From Lama glama (lineage: Eukaryota), in NCBI GenBank assembly GCA_028534125.1, contig CM052818.1, forward strand, positions 17,982,001 to 18,046,000: a stretch of 64,000 nucleotides of DNA. The letters are read 5' to 3'. Positions 1 through 13,254 of this stretch are shown in pieces. A program made the position numbers and the translations under genes. The notes under the pieces are model-generated. The model was not told where the DNA came from. It saw only the letters and a list, made by a program, of their open reading frames with translations, and made no database searches. Numbering within the stretch: position 1 is the first letter of the stretch; each line of letters opens with the position of its first letter.

Positions 1-1119
1 TCCTCTAACAGCAAACCACAAAGGTCATCCTGTCCTGTCATTCTTGTCTAAAGAGCGGTTGAGAGTTTTTTAAAACTACAAACTCCTGGCACCACTGTTG
101 GGAACTAAGACTCAGTAAGCTTACGGTGTGGGGTGCTGGCCTGGTGGTATGGATGCTGCTATGTATTTTATGTAATTTTGTTATGAAAAATAGTTCAAGG
201 ATTACTGCATATATAATAAACTCCTCTCTGTTTACAGTGGAATCAAAAGAGGCCCAGAGAATGAAGCACATGCCCAAAGACACACAGCACAGGAAGCTAT
301 GTCTTCCCCCAGCACATCAGACATTTCCCATGCTCACACGCTCAGTGTATTTTTACTCATACCTTTTAAATCCATGAGTCTCAATCCTGGCTTTTTCTGG
401 GGGAGCTCAAAAAAATCCCTTTGCCCAGATCTTACTCTTAGAAATTCTGATTTACATGGTCTGAAGTTGTACTTAGCAGCTAGGTTTTTCGTAAAGCCTT
501 ACAGGTGACATAATGACCTGGCAGTGCTGAGAATTACTGCTTTAAAGGAAAAAACTCAATTCCATCAGGGCTCAGATACTGCAGATTATGTTTTCTTTAT
601 TGTGACATTTCTGAGTAATATTTTATTTATATTAAATAACTTGACATCCCAGGTCCACCAATTTAATTTGACAAACATTTACTTTGTGGGACTCTCTAGG
701 GAGGGAGAGATTAAGAACATGAATCAGTTATAGTCTCTTCCAAGAGCTTAAACTATGATGGGTGGGTGGGGGGCATCTGATATGGACACATATCAGCAGA
801 ATGACAAATAGAGACAGGTGAGAGCCAAGAGGAGCATGAAGTGCTAGGGAGGAAAATGGGGCGTTCAAAGGACAAATGAAATGGTGCCTTCCTTCTGAGA
901 CTTTATTACCCTCCATGGATGGCCTCTGCCAAAGCTATAGCTTTTCAAGAAAACCAGAAGTCCTATTATTTTGTGTGAAAAGTCCATTAGCATCACACTT
1001 TAGCTAACATGGTTATCGCCCAGTTCTTGATTAAGCTCCCTCAAGCGGGATGCTAGGCAAACCGTGTTAACAATGAATCCAGCTGTAAGAAAACTTATGT
1101 TATTTTTAGGCATCTTGAC

Positions 1120-1480
1120 TGAAAATTGCTTTGTCCCCTAGCTGGGCAATGCTTTTATTACTGTTTGTACTGCCGGCAAATTAGATTGCGTGTTGTAGAA
1201 ATTATGCATAATGGCACTCTTTTTAATATTTGCTACTGTAATCACTTCTGTAATTATGAAAGGGAAGCCACTGCTGCAAGCTGCTCCTGTGGATGGCTAG
1301 TTCACTGAGTTCTAATGATGGTATCTACGGAAAATTCTCTCTGCAAAGGCCCTGCTAGCAAGCGCCTCCCCAGTGATGTGAGGCAGATAAGCTTTATCAG
1401 ATGCGGCTAATGAGTTTGATTTATGATGCTGGAGGTTCAATCTGACAAGTTATTTTGGGTTTTAGACATTCACATTCCAG
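1120..1480. promoter_or_regulatory. Candidate conserved non-coding element / developmental enhancer
   Basis: Non-repeat-like sequence containing palindrome ATTATGCATAAT (1201-1212, POU-like), inverted GATA pair AGATAA/TTATCA (1385-1399), TGATTTAT PBX-HOX site (1417-1424) and many TAAT cores. Conservation not tested. Confidence 0.45.
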
Positions 1481-4400
1481 CCTTCGGTATGTCCTCCCTC
1501 ATCCATTGAGGAAAAGAAAGAAACCTGTTAGAATGTGAAACCAACAGGCATTGTAATGTAACACTGATTATAGAACACATTTTCCTTAAAAAACTCCCTC
1601 CTGGGTGCAGTGTCAAGTCGTGTAATCCATATCAAGAACAAGATGCATGAAGCTGTTAATTGAATAAAGGCTAATTAGTAACCAAGAAATGCCTTCCATG
1701 TTGGCTCTGGGAGTTGCCTAAAACCCCACAAGGAATGGGTCTCCGTTTTCACAAAGTGAGGTGGTGCCCCTGCAGCCGCTCCTTCCCTGGTTTGGCTTGG
1801 GGCTCATCGTCAGTTCCCAGTCTCCTGATTGATACCGTTGACAGAAAATGCATATTACACAGTGTGTAAGCACATCCCAAGAAAAAACTGTAAACCCAGT
1901 CTAGCTTTACAGGTAACCAAAGCAGTGGCCCATAGTTGTGTGATCTGTGGGGTCTCCAGGAGTTTCCTTTTCCCCACGCTATCCTCCAAACACCAGCCCA
2001 AGTACCATGGTGTCTGGGATGCTGCCACATGAGCTTTGCAAAGCAATCATTTTACTCTCTCCATGCACCTATTACAGAATTCAAATATTATGGGAGACTA
2101 ACACGTTAAGTTCTCACAGGCTGATGTAATTCTTTTGCCCTGAATGAATTATGTCAATGGGGCCCAAGGGAAATGGACTGCCTCCAAGCTGTGGTGAACC
2201 CTTCTACAGGGAAGCGTCGGGGCAAGAGGCTAGAGGGGGTTACCAGGCATTCAGGACTTGAATTGGTAAATAGGTATTAGACCATTACATGGACACATTT
2301 TTCTTCCAGCTCTGAAGTTTTCATTATTGCACAAGGCAAGGAACCTCTCTGGACCTTTTGCCTTCCCAATAAAGTGGATGACTAGGATTTCTTCATTCTC
2401 CTGAAGCTTCGTAACTCAGCCCTTACTGCACAAGAGAAGAGGGTAGATGAATGTACAGGAGAGGACACCAGAAGATGAAAAGAGAGAGAAAGATCTCTGA
2501 AGACATGCTTTACCATTGTGGTAAAGGAGATGTGAGTATGATTTTTCTTTGGTGGGTACTAACTCACCGGGGATCTGTAGAGCATGGTTGGCTATAGACT
2601 CTTCTGAGCTCAGGAGACATTTTCCTTGTCGCCTATTTGGTGAGTTTGGAGGGCAGTGTGCCATGTGTCTCTGCCAACACCTAAAAGTCCTTTAGCTGAG
2701 ATGGACACAGCCAAGGCACAAGGCAGTCACCTCCTGACAGGTCCTACTGAAGTTCCACAAACTTTTGAAACTCTTATCCACCCATCTTGCTACCTCTTTT
2801 CTCTCTCTAATCCCTTTTTCATCATAATTTGAACAGGGACCTGCAACCCAGCTTCTGATCTTTTTTCTTCACTTAATTTCCTGTTTTTCTTTTCTCTTCT
2901 ATGCTCCTCTCCATATCTCTTTGTAAACAGCTTTCTGGTTAATAACTAGATCATGGTACCAAAATGAAAGGGCAGAGCATTTTTTTTTTCTCTTGGTAAC
3001 TATTAAGCGTAAGGTTCAACTGCAGAGATAATTAAGGAAAAATATACTTGAAATGGGATGCCATTTACACCATTCTCCCCCATGAACATCCTGCTTTCTT
3101 TTTATTTTCTCCACACATGCACTCTTTCTTCTTCTTCATTCAGCTTTGTAAAATGCTGATGAAGGTACTGACCCAGCTAAAGCAGACATAATTGGAGAAA
3201 TTCACCTGAGCCGTCACCTTCTAAGTCTCACTGGTGAACACCCTATTTATTAAGAAGAGCAACGTACTTCTGGCCCTTTTGATTTTGTGACACTGCTAAG
3301 TTTTTCTCTCTACGCACACTAAAATTAAAAATGTTTCCTGAGTTAGATCACTTTAACAGTGACATCACTCGAACACTGTCACCTAGGTAATGGAATAATT
3401 ACCATAGCAACAGAGCCTTCATCTTTTAGGAGCTATAAAATTTTGACAGATGGGAGAGGCTCATTGAAGATTTAAAGCAGGACATAAATGTAACAAATCT
3501 CAGTGGCCAAAGTCATAGTACTATCTTGCAAATTGCTATCTTTTTATAAGATTCAATTGAATGTGAAGTGTATGTATTGCTGTGTATTTCCAAAGTTAAT
3601 TTCACTCTTGACCAAAAGGATATTCTTTTCTTTGAAAAACTGAATTTAGATTATTAAATGCAGGGATAATAACAATAGAATGTTTGAAAAATTATACAAT
3701 TTTAAGACAGTAGTAAAAGGAAAACTGCTAGAAAACTAAAGAATGACTGTTCTTATTAAACTGACCAATTAAATATCTGTAGTTCTTGCAGCTATAACTT
3801 GTATCTGATAGGAAATTCCCTTCAGATATATTCTACCTCATTTTTGACTTTACAATTGTTTGACTTAAATGCTGAGTGTTTGTGTCTGTGCATTTGTGTG
3901 TTTGTGTGTGTGTCTGTATGTTTTCCTTTCCTTCACAGTTAAAAGGGTGAACTCAATGTGCATTTTTTAGGTGACACATTGTTACTATGCAGTTTGAATT
4001 TATGACCTAATTAGAGAGGAGGCAGATCAAAAGGCTGTTTATGTATTTCTTTTTCCTCCACCAAAAACTAGAACAAAATGTGGATAATAAACTTAGTTTC
4101 TAATTCTTGATTCATGCATTTCTGTGAATTATTATTTAGTAGAAGTGGGCCTAGTAAATTGTCTTTTATTGGACCTGTCCAAGCCTCCAAAAATAACAAA
4201 ATTTTGATAGCCAAAGAAATACAGGGCATTAAGGCAGAGATCTGAAAAAAAAATAGAATGCTTATTTAATAATAATGTGTTCCTTGTCATTTCTAGGGGC
4301 TGAGGAGTAAGTTTACTAACAGAGTGTTTGGGCTATTAAAATGATCATTTATATTAATTAATAATATGTACATTTCATGTGTTCATCTACCAAAGAATGT

Positions 4401-5039
4401 ACTGTGACAATATCCAATCAAGGCCTTGAAAAAAAATCAGCACTGGTCTGTAATAACTTGATAATATTTATAAATAGCACTTTTTGTTTTTTGATTTTTT
4501 GGTCTCCTCCAGCCTCCAGCTTACTGGAATTTATATAACAACTTGAAAGTTGACTGCTTTATCAAGATTTGTCATGATTTAAACTCAAGCAGAGACACAA
4601 GTCTAAACTAAACACCTATTCTTAAATAGAAAATAATGATCCAAGATCTGTTCCATCTAAAATCTACCACGTGCCTCTACTTTTGGCCCTTACAACTGAG
4701 AGCAGATCCCATGTGAAAGCATTGTAATAGTTGTTTCACAGGATAATGTGGTGTGTGTATGTTTGTGTATTTGTTAGATTTTTTTCAGTTCTCTGACAAT
4801 CTTTATAAATTGTATTATAACTTCTTTATCAGCTCAGGTGAGGAAATTAATGTCTGCTTCATTCACAGAGGACAGAGCTCTCCAAATAGAAGTCCTGAGC
4901 AGATTGTAAAACTTAGTCAGACCTCAAGAGGTTACCTGTGAAACTGAAGTGTTTCACTGCATGTTGACCTTGATGCAGGGGGATGGGGAGGACAAAGCAT
5001 GAGCGCTCAAGTAAGAGAAACATATTTTAGTATTTGGAC

Positions 5040-5203
5040 CACAACTGACTATAAGACCCTGCTCTTTCAGTCTACAGTTTCTCATTAGAAAAATTAGACG
5101 AATAATACCTACTTCCTAGGACTGTTTGAAAATTAGTTCACTTATGATGGATAGAAAGTATCTAGGAGAGAGCCTGGCACGTAGTAGATATTCAGTAAAC
5201 ACT
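5040..5203 (+). mobile_element. MIR SINE fragment
   Basis: MIR core and tail-like text: cagtttctcatt...aataatacctacttcctagg...agcctggcacgtagtagatattcagtaaa. Confidence 0.7.
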
Positions 5204-7399
5204 GACTCCCTTCACTTTTCTCTTTGTAATTTCACAATCCCTCTGTTCCAGCTATAACTAGTGTTAGAACAGAGGTGAGTTAAAGGAGGAAACGATCAAT
5301 TCACACCCAGTCTGAAGTACACATCTCCAGGGTGGAGGGAGACAAGGGAGGCTAATGAACTAATACATGGTGGCAACTGGAGAGACAGCACAGGAAATCC
5401 CCCATAAGCTTATTTTGTTGGTCAGCAGTAAATATTAGCATTAGTCTCTGCTTGGTTTCAAGAAATCTTTCATAAAAAAATGATGAAAGATGAAAAAAAA
5501 CAAAAACAAAAAAACTCCTAGTTGACGTTGCTATGGATAAAGCTTTGGCTTTTTTGGTTGAGCCAATGCAAGTCCTGCTGTTTTGAGTCACATAAAACTA
5601 TTGTGCCAGGAGGTACTCAAGACACATTAGGTTCAAAATACAGTCCAATAACTCTAGACAACTTAGAACACAGTAGGATGAACTGTGCACGAAGGCATAA
5701 CTGATCAGTCTCTTGCGGAAATGAGAACATGATCAGGCAGAATACATTATTCTCAAAAGTAGAAAAGCTAGTGTATGCTAATTTTATTGCAGAGTGTGGA
5801 GGCAACTCAACTCCACATTGGACAAGCTTATTTTGATGAATGCAAAAAGGATTACAATTTCTAACATGAGGTTACATAACCAGTTCTCCTGAGAATGAGT
5901 TAAGTTCGTGCCTGAAATGGTTAGTTTAGGACAGGGATTGTAAAGTAGTAGCTCACTGGCCACATCTGGTGTGGAGATACCAGTCTGATAGAACCCGATG
6001 TATCTGAAGGAAGGGAAAATCCATCTACTGTGGCAGAATAAAAGAGTCTCTTCTCTGAAAACCCTAATTTAGAGAGGCTCACATCATGGAACATCAGGGG
6101 AAAATGAGCCAAACAAGCTTATACTGAATTCATGAGGATGATGTGAAAGTCTTTATTAAAATGGGATTCTCTCTACCCTAAACTCAACAAAAAAGAAGCA
6201 ACAAGGGTGAAATCCACAAGTACGAACAATCAAACCAACAAAACATAACAAAAACAAGATTAATAAACCCCTGGATAATGTAGGAAAAAAACAGGACTCA
6301 GGCCAGAATCTATGTTATAGGCAATGTTTTCTTCCTTCTTTCCTTCCTTTTAGAAATAGTTTATTTAAGAGGTAAAGGAGAAGGTAACGTGGTCCTGTCA
6401 TGAGATTCTGTTTCAGTTTTGTCTGAGACTTTGGGTGCCTGGAGCAAATACTGTATCTAACAGCCAGGTGCTGGATCACCTAAGCAGGACCTGGAATGAC
6501 GTGGAGAGAAGACTGGTTTGTCCTCCTTACTTTAACTTTTACCATGAGGATATGTAACGGATTTGAAATGCTAAGAAGGAGTTGTACTTTCAGAGACAAT
6601 CCCTTCACAGTATTTCTCCTGTGGGAGAAGAAAGGAGCCTGCTTCACAGTCACCTTAAGATGAGTGAAGGAGCTCCAGGAGAGCTCCTTAGAGAATCTGG
6701 ACTATCTTCGCTGGATTTTCCGGGAGCAGACACTAGTGTCAGAACCACGTCTGTTTCTGACTAGCAGAACAGAGAACCGTGCTGGAAAGGAGACGCGGGT
6801 CCTTAGATGGTGACTCAAAGGGGCCAGGTGAGGGCCCCACAGTGGGAACAGGCCTGGGGTTCTTTTAAAATCCTACTCCAGAACTGCCTGATGATGAGAC
6901 CACAAGGAGGACCTGGACTGCCAGAAATGCAGGATTTGAAAGAGGAAGTCACAGCAGCTACTAGAAAATGACACACGGCAGCATTTCAGTAAATGTAAGT
7001 GCAGGTTCCATGTGAGGGTGTTCACCGAGAAACCCCACATGTACCCCATAAAATTGCTTCGTGATTCTACCCTTTTGACTTCCGCTCTTTCAAAATAATT
7101 GTATCATTTGTAACAGGTGCTGAAACAAGCTCCCACTCCATCTATAAGTAGGCCTGTAAGCAGTCCCCTTCCCAGGTGGAAGACTGGAGTATTATTATCT
7201 TAAAAAATATAATTAATTACTTCAGAGATTGCTTACAGATTCGGATATTTTGGCACCTCAGTGAAATGCCAAAACCTCCACTAAATTTCTCTGGTCAAAA
7301 ATCCTTGTTATGCACGTAGTTTCCAATTACAGCTTCAGTGCTTTGGTCTCATTCTTAGGTATGAAGGGCAGGCAAGAGTCACAGGACATATAAGGGAAT

Positions 7400-8640
7400 C
7401 ACTGGCATAAAAGAGGGAAACAAGACAAGTAGGGAAAAAAACGCAAGCCAGGTGACAAAGCTTTTTAGAAGAACGATAATTAATATCATCAGCAATAAGA
7501 GAAGATATTCATGAAACAAATGCAGGGCAATAGACAATAAAAGAAAAAGAAATAGTTTGTGGGAATTAAAATATATGTGGAGACAATTTAATAGGCTGCT
7601 TAAATAATGAAGTGGAGACCATTTTCAAGAAATTAGAACAAATACACAAAGAGATAACAAGAGCAAAAAGAGAGCTGAGAGAGAAATACCAAAATTAGAG
7701 TATTATTACTGGAGATTCAACATCCAACTGAAAAATAGTATTTTCTGAAAAAAAGAGGAAATAGAGAAATTATAAAATTATAAATCAAAATACTTCTTAG
7801 AATTGAGCAGCTTGTGTTTCTAGATTGAAATGGTTCTCCAAGTGTCTAGCGTCGCTGTAACCACAGAACCAACTCAAAACTGGTCCTATCCTTCTTTGAA
7901 CAAGATACTGAGTTGTTTTTCAGAGACAAGAGAATAAAAACACAAGTCATGTAGCCAGAGCAGGCCCAAAGGAGAAAATTTTGACTTCAAACAACACCCA
8001 GAACCAAAGTTTCCCTCCCCCATGGGACCAAAGGACCAGAACCTGAACGCCAGAACTCTCTCAGAAGCGAAGGCTCCATCATCCAGGAAGATGGATGCTA
8101 AAGCACGCTTTACCCTACCTTAGCATAAACAGCCAAGTTCCAATAGGAACCTGCCTGCCAGTAGTTTCAAATACCAGCTCTCCTCCCCTAACTCACAAAA
8201 GTGTGACTCAACCCTAGATAAGGGAGACAGATTTGAACCATTTCCTGTCTCCTTGCTGGTCGACTTTGCAATAAACCCTTTTCTTTTCTCGAGAACTGGC
8301 ACCACAGTGTTGGCTTCTACGTGAGTCTGACAGCGAGCCCTTTGCCAGGTTATGTCATGAAAAAATAAATAAATAACATAAATATGATCTCCATTGAGCT
8401 ACATCTTGATATTTCAGAATTCTAATAAAGGATAAGCCAAGAAGAGAAAAATACATGACCCGGGAAAGGAATTCCCAGGAGGAAGGTAAAGGGAAGACCC
8501 AGGGTGCCAGCTGCACACCTGACCTAGAAAACAACCAGACATGATGGAAACAGGAGGATGCGAGACTCTAGAAGACGTGACCCAAAAGAAAAAAGAGAGA
8601 TTATTTGATGTTTGGCCATATTAACAATAGTTTTATAAAT
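7400..8640 (+). mobile_element. Ancient HAL1/L1 ORF1-region fragment, split by an LTR at 7856-8354
   Basis: A-rich decayed ORF1-like sequence (ttcaacatccaactgaaaaatag, tttctagattgaaa...caagtgtctagc) that resumes after the LTR. Confidence 0.5.
7856..8354 (+). mobile_element. ERV1-class solo LTR
   Basis: Starts TGTAAC; has polyA signal gcaataaa followed by U5-like ...gcgagccctttgccaggtta; ~500 bp; interrupts a LINE. Confidence 0.75.
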
Positions 8641-8784
8641 TTCACCTCCCTGAAACTGATATAGTTTTGGGGGAGGATGGGGGAAGGGACATAAGTATAT
8701 GGCTCTAGAAGTTTGTATAGGTTAAGCATACATGTGAAAAATTGATGACTGAAGAAATATCAGTGTGATTTATTTATTTTATTT

Positions 8785-8969
8785 CAAAGAGATGGCTCTG
8801 AGGTTCTTGAAAAAGACACTCCTAGGTTGTAGAGGATTTACATCTTATACGAGCAAAGAATTTATAATTGCAACTTTCTAAAGTAACTGCTCTAAGACAA
8901 GGGAGGTCGGGGCCAGTAATCAAGAATAAATCTATTTAAACTGTAATCAAACTAAGGCTGTCTTGGTCA
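8785..8969 (-). mobile_element. ERV1 LTR 5' fragment (MER34/MER39-like)
   Basis: Reverse complement begins TGACCAAGACAGCCTTAG and contains cctcccttgtcttagagcagttactttagaaagttgcaattataaattc, as I recall for this LTR group. Confidence 0.55.
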
Positions 8970-11240
8970 CTGTGTCTAGAAAGAGGGAGAACGCCTTAGT
9001 TATTTCTGAGGCTAATGTGACTTTGAAACTAAAACAGAGAACAGTACTAGCTAAAAGGGAAAATGACAGGCCAGTATCACTCATGAATATTGATGCAAAA
9101 CTCCTAAACCAAATGTTAGCTACTGTAGCTAAGAATAAATTTTAAAACTATGTTGGTTTTATCCTGGGAATAAAGAGTTTGAATTTAGAATTGAATATCT
9201 ATTAACGAAATTCACCATATAAACAAATTAAAGGAGAAAAATCCACATGATCATTTCAATAGTTGCTAACAAAAACTATTCAACAGAATTCAACACCAAT
9301 TCATGAATAAAAAAAAAAAGTTAGGAAACTCCTCAGAAAAGTTTTCTTTTCCTAATACAGGGTATTTACAAAACCTACAGCAAAATCCTAATAATGTGAA
9401 CCTGGAAGCATCAATAGTCCTCTTAAGAGCAAGCATAAGACAAAGATACTTACAATGACTGTTTTTATTTAATAATGTACTAGGTGTTCTCACCATATTA
9501 AAAAAAAAGAATGATATAATTAAGAGGTATATGGTCTAAAAAAAGTAAAAGCAAAGGTTCTATTATTTGCAGATGATATTATGACTGCCTACAGAGATAA
9601 TCCCAAGAGAATCTACAGGCAAATGATTAGAATTAATGAGATATATATATATCATATATATATATAGTCCAGTTAAAAAATAAATTACTTTTCTATACAC
9701 CAGCAAAAACAGTAAATGTAATTTAAAATATATATATATATGTGTGTGTGTATATATATATATATCATTGGTGGCTGCATCAAATATAAAAAATTATAAA
9801 AAATTATAAAAAGGATAAAGATGCTTATGATTTTTATGGAGAAAATTATGAAATTTTATTGAAATACATTAAAGACGACCTACATAAAAAAGAATTATCA
9901 TGTTCATTTATAGTTTCAATTTCATAGACACAGCAATTCTCATTAAAATAACCTATATGTTCAATAAAAATCATTGTTCCAAAAAAATACTGACAGAGAT
10001 ATTAATGAGATTGGACAAGCTGATTCTAAAATTAATATGGAAAAACAAAAAGTCAAGAATAATGACATTCCTAAATAACAGAATAAGAGGACTTGTTTAA
10101 TAAGAAATCTTATTTTAAACCAATGCTAATAAAGATTGGGAATATTGGTATAGAAGGAGATTAATAAACAAATAGAGCAGAAAGCCTACAGCCATACTCA
10201 CACTTATATGGAAACTGAATATATGAAATAAGTGGTACTGTAGGGGCAATGATTCTGGAAATTGTTCTAGAATGATAATAGAGATAATGATACATAGAGA
10301 TAAAATAAAATCTGATCCTTATTTCATATAACACCCAGAATCAGTTTAATGTACCTGCATAACCTGAATGTGAATCTTAGAATATAATGTAAGGAAATAT
10401 CTTTGTGACTCGTGTATTCAGAAGAATTTCTTAACCAAGATACATAAAACACAAAACATAAATTAAAAGTGGTAAGTATATTAACTATTTTGTCCAGTAA
10501 AACATACCATTTAGCAATTGAAAAAAAAAAGATCACCAATTACAGAAAGATAATTGCAAAACTTAGTTATCAAATGACTAGAATTCAGAATATGTAAAGT
10601 ACTCCTCCAAATCAATGAGAAAAAGATTTTAAAAAACAATCTAAAGATGGGGAAAAAAGACAGCAACTCACAGAGGAGGAAACACTAGTAGTCAGTAATC
10701 ATACAAAAGATGACAACTTACTCATATTCACAGAAATGAAAACCAAAATAAAACATTACTTCACAACTCTCAAGGAAAAAAGTTTAGTGTCTCACAATAG
10801 CAACTATCAATGAGAATGTGGAGCCACAAGGACCCTTACATAGTTCTGGCAGGAGTGTAAATTGGTAGCCAAATTTTGAAAAGCACCACAAAGCTGCATG
10901 AAGTTAAAGATGTATGTACTTTCTGGGCCAGCAAATCTTCTCTGAGGACCTAAAGAATCTGTTGCATGTAAGTACAAGGAGACAGCACGAGAATTTTTAT
11001 TGCAACACTGTTCGTATTTGCAAAAAAAAAAAATTGAAACTACTTTAATATCCACCAACAGAAGTTGTGTCTAAATTTTGTATGTTTGGAATATAATACA
11101 ATACTAAAAATAATGAATCATATCTCACAAACATTTCTTCATAAAAGAAGCAAATTAAACGCTATATGATGCTTTGGTTGGGGAAAGCTCAAAACATACA
11201 CAGTATGTTTAGGAATACATTTTTGTTGTATCCAAAAAAG
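8970..11240 (+). mobile_element. Old L1 (L1M) ORF2 and 3' region, degenerate
   Basis: ORF track ENDRPVSLMNIDAKLLNQML (L1 RT N-terminal motif), ttatttgcagatgat (LFADD) near 9562 and DKLILKLIWKNK; many stops and frameshifts. Confidence 0.9.
9728..9765. repeat. Compound (TA)n(TG)n(TA)n microsatellite
   Basis: atatatatatata tgtgtgtgtg tatatatatatatat read directly. Confidence 0.9.
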
Positions 11241-11309
11241 TACAAACAAAATCAAGCGAAAGATAATCAAGGCTGGCAGTTACCCAGAGGACTGAGGCAC
11301 AGTCTCCAA

Positions 11310-11597
11310 CAAGGAAAGAGTGCACACAGGGCAGCTCTGCAGAAGTCTTGTCCAGACTGGCAAGAGCCCTAGAGAAGACCGCCTATTTATTGGAAACTAA
11401 CACTGGGCATAAATGGCCCACCTCTGGTCCCTGTGTCGTACCCAGGCACTGATCAGGAGCAGCCCTGGCAAGCACGGCTTGGATGTGGATGTGGCCGTGA
11501 ATGTGAGGGTGCAGCAACTGGAGTTTGCAGACACCCACATCCACAGAACACATTCTTTTGAAAGGAGATCTGAGTGGTGCATTTCCATTATCACACA
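11310..11597 (-). mobile_element. ERVL LTR16-like fragment
   Basis: Reverse complement tgtgtgataatggaaatgcaccactcagatctccttttcaaaagaa...ccagttgctgcacc...gggccatttatgccca resembles the LTR16 5' end; explains the GC-richer ORFs at 11383-11783. Confidence 0.7.
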
Positions 11598-11639
11598 GAA
11601 TATAACCCACCAAATTAAAACGAGTCCATGAATCCACAC

Positions 11640-12140
11640 AGATATAATTATATAAATAGACAAATGGAGATTTAAAATGTCTCTCTTTTTTTTAAACAAT
11701 AAAATGCCAATTGATAAATGTAGAAAAAATTCACTACGGCCGTCAGCATAGTAAAAGTTGATGATTGAGGCAAGAATCATCAAGGGACGCTAAAACTACT
11801 AAGTAAAAATCTGATGAGGAAAGAGCACATTTCTTTCCACAAAATACTAATTACAAAGAAAACAAATTTTTCACTGGAGATACTTGGCAGACACTACAGT
11901 AACCAAGTGATCTAGGCAATGGGATAAACTGACATCTTATACCTTCTGAAATGGGAAAAAATGGTGAAATTTAAGGCTTGCAGATTAGGTAATAGTGTTG
12001 TATTCATGTTAATTCCCTGATTTTGATAGTTTCTCTGCAGTTGCACCAGAAATTATGTCTGTTGTTAATAATCACACACTGGAGCATTTCGAAGCTATAC
12101 CATAATCTTAAACAGTTCAGAAAAAAAGTAACATATACAG
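11640..12140 (+). mobile_element. L1MC/L1MD-type 3' UTR fragment
   Basis: aatgccaattgataaatgtagaa...ggcaagaatcatcaagggacgctaaaacta...ttcatgttaattccctgattttgat. Confidence 0.7.
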
Positions 12141-13254
12141 ATATATTGCATAAGTCCAATATAGGTCACTTCTTGTCAGCATTGTTACTGCTGGTCAGCA
12201 ATCATAATTAGATGAAACAATCAGTTCTAAAGGACAATATTAATAATAAGAAATGATGACATACAATACAGAGGAAAAGATAGAGTAGTAACTTAATTAA
12301 AAAAAAAACGCAGACTGACTTTTAACTAAGGACTACTCTGCGTACTTTGCCTAAACTAAAACTTTGGAAATGATTTGCTAGACATCCTGGGCAGGACTAA
12401 GCTTCCTTGCCACATGCAAAAGAAAAACGACATTTGTGTGTGGCTGAGTCTGAGGTCAGAAACCCGGCACAGTGAGTTTAGACTTAAAGAAACACTCTTG
12501 ATGGCCTGTATCCCTGACAGAGGAGAAGCACTTCAAAGGCAAGCCAAGGCCAGAAGTCAGGGGACTGCCGGTGCCTGGTCAGCTACACTTAGGTACAAAC
12601 CAAACTAAGGCAATCCACGTGTCCTGGGGCAATGGTTACTCCTGTCAGGTACTCCTAGTCACAAACCAGCCAACGATGCTCACATGGTGAGGTCAGGAGG
12701 GGTATGACCTTTACCAAATGCCATTTGTAAATCAATGTGAAAAGCCATGTTACACCTCCAGCATTTGGTGGTTTCTAAGCCACAGCACCATCTGGCTAAC
12801 TGACTACCCGAATCCTCCACATTTGTGGGATGTATTAGCTATATGCAGACACAAGCTCTTAGCTGCTTTATACTTTTATTTGTTCCCAGTGAGTATTAAA
12901 GCAACAACAGGCATTTGGTATATTTTCCACCTACGACCACAATAGCTTTAGGTCTTGAGAGCTACCTTTCAATGACTGGAGAAACCACAGCTCAGCAGCT
13001 AACAAATTTAACAAAATTTAAGTGCCATATATAAAAATGTACAGATGGTTTCTTAGTGGTGCCATTTATAAAATGTGCCTGGCTGTTGTTTGAAATATAA
13101 ATTTAAGAAACAAAACCTCAGGATTGAAAATTACCATAATTTTGAAGCCTGTGTAGTAGCTCTTAGTCAAATAGCACACATAGCTTAAGATCTTTGTCAC
13201 TTCTTGAGTATTCAAAGTATCAGAAACATTTTTTGTATACAACATATATAAACA

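Noticed and set aside
6667..6689. Perfect 9-bp hairpin AAGGAGCTC-cagga-GAGCTCCTT
   Set aside because: Stems this short occur by chance in 64 kb; no supporting context.
11383..11783. Overlapping GC-richer ORFs (72-128 aa) that looked like a possible exon or pseudogene
   Set aside because: Sequence matches an LTR16-like element plus L1 3' UTR; the peptides resemble no known protein.
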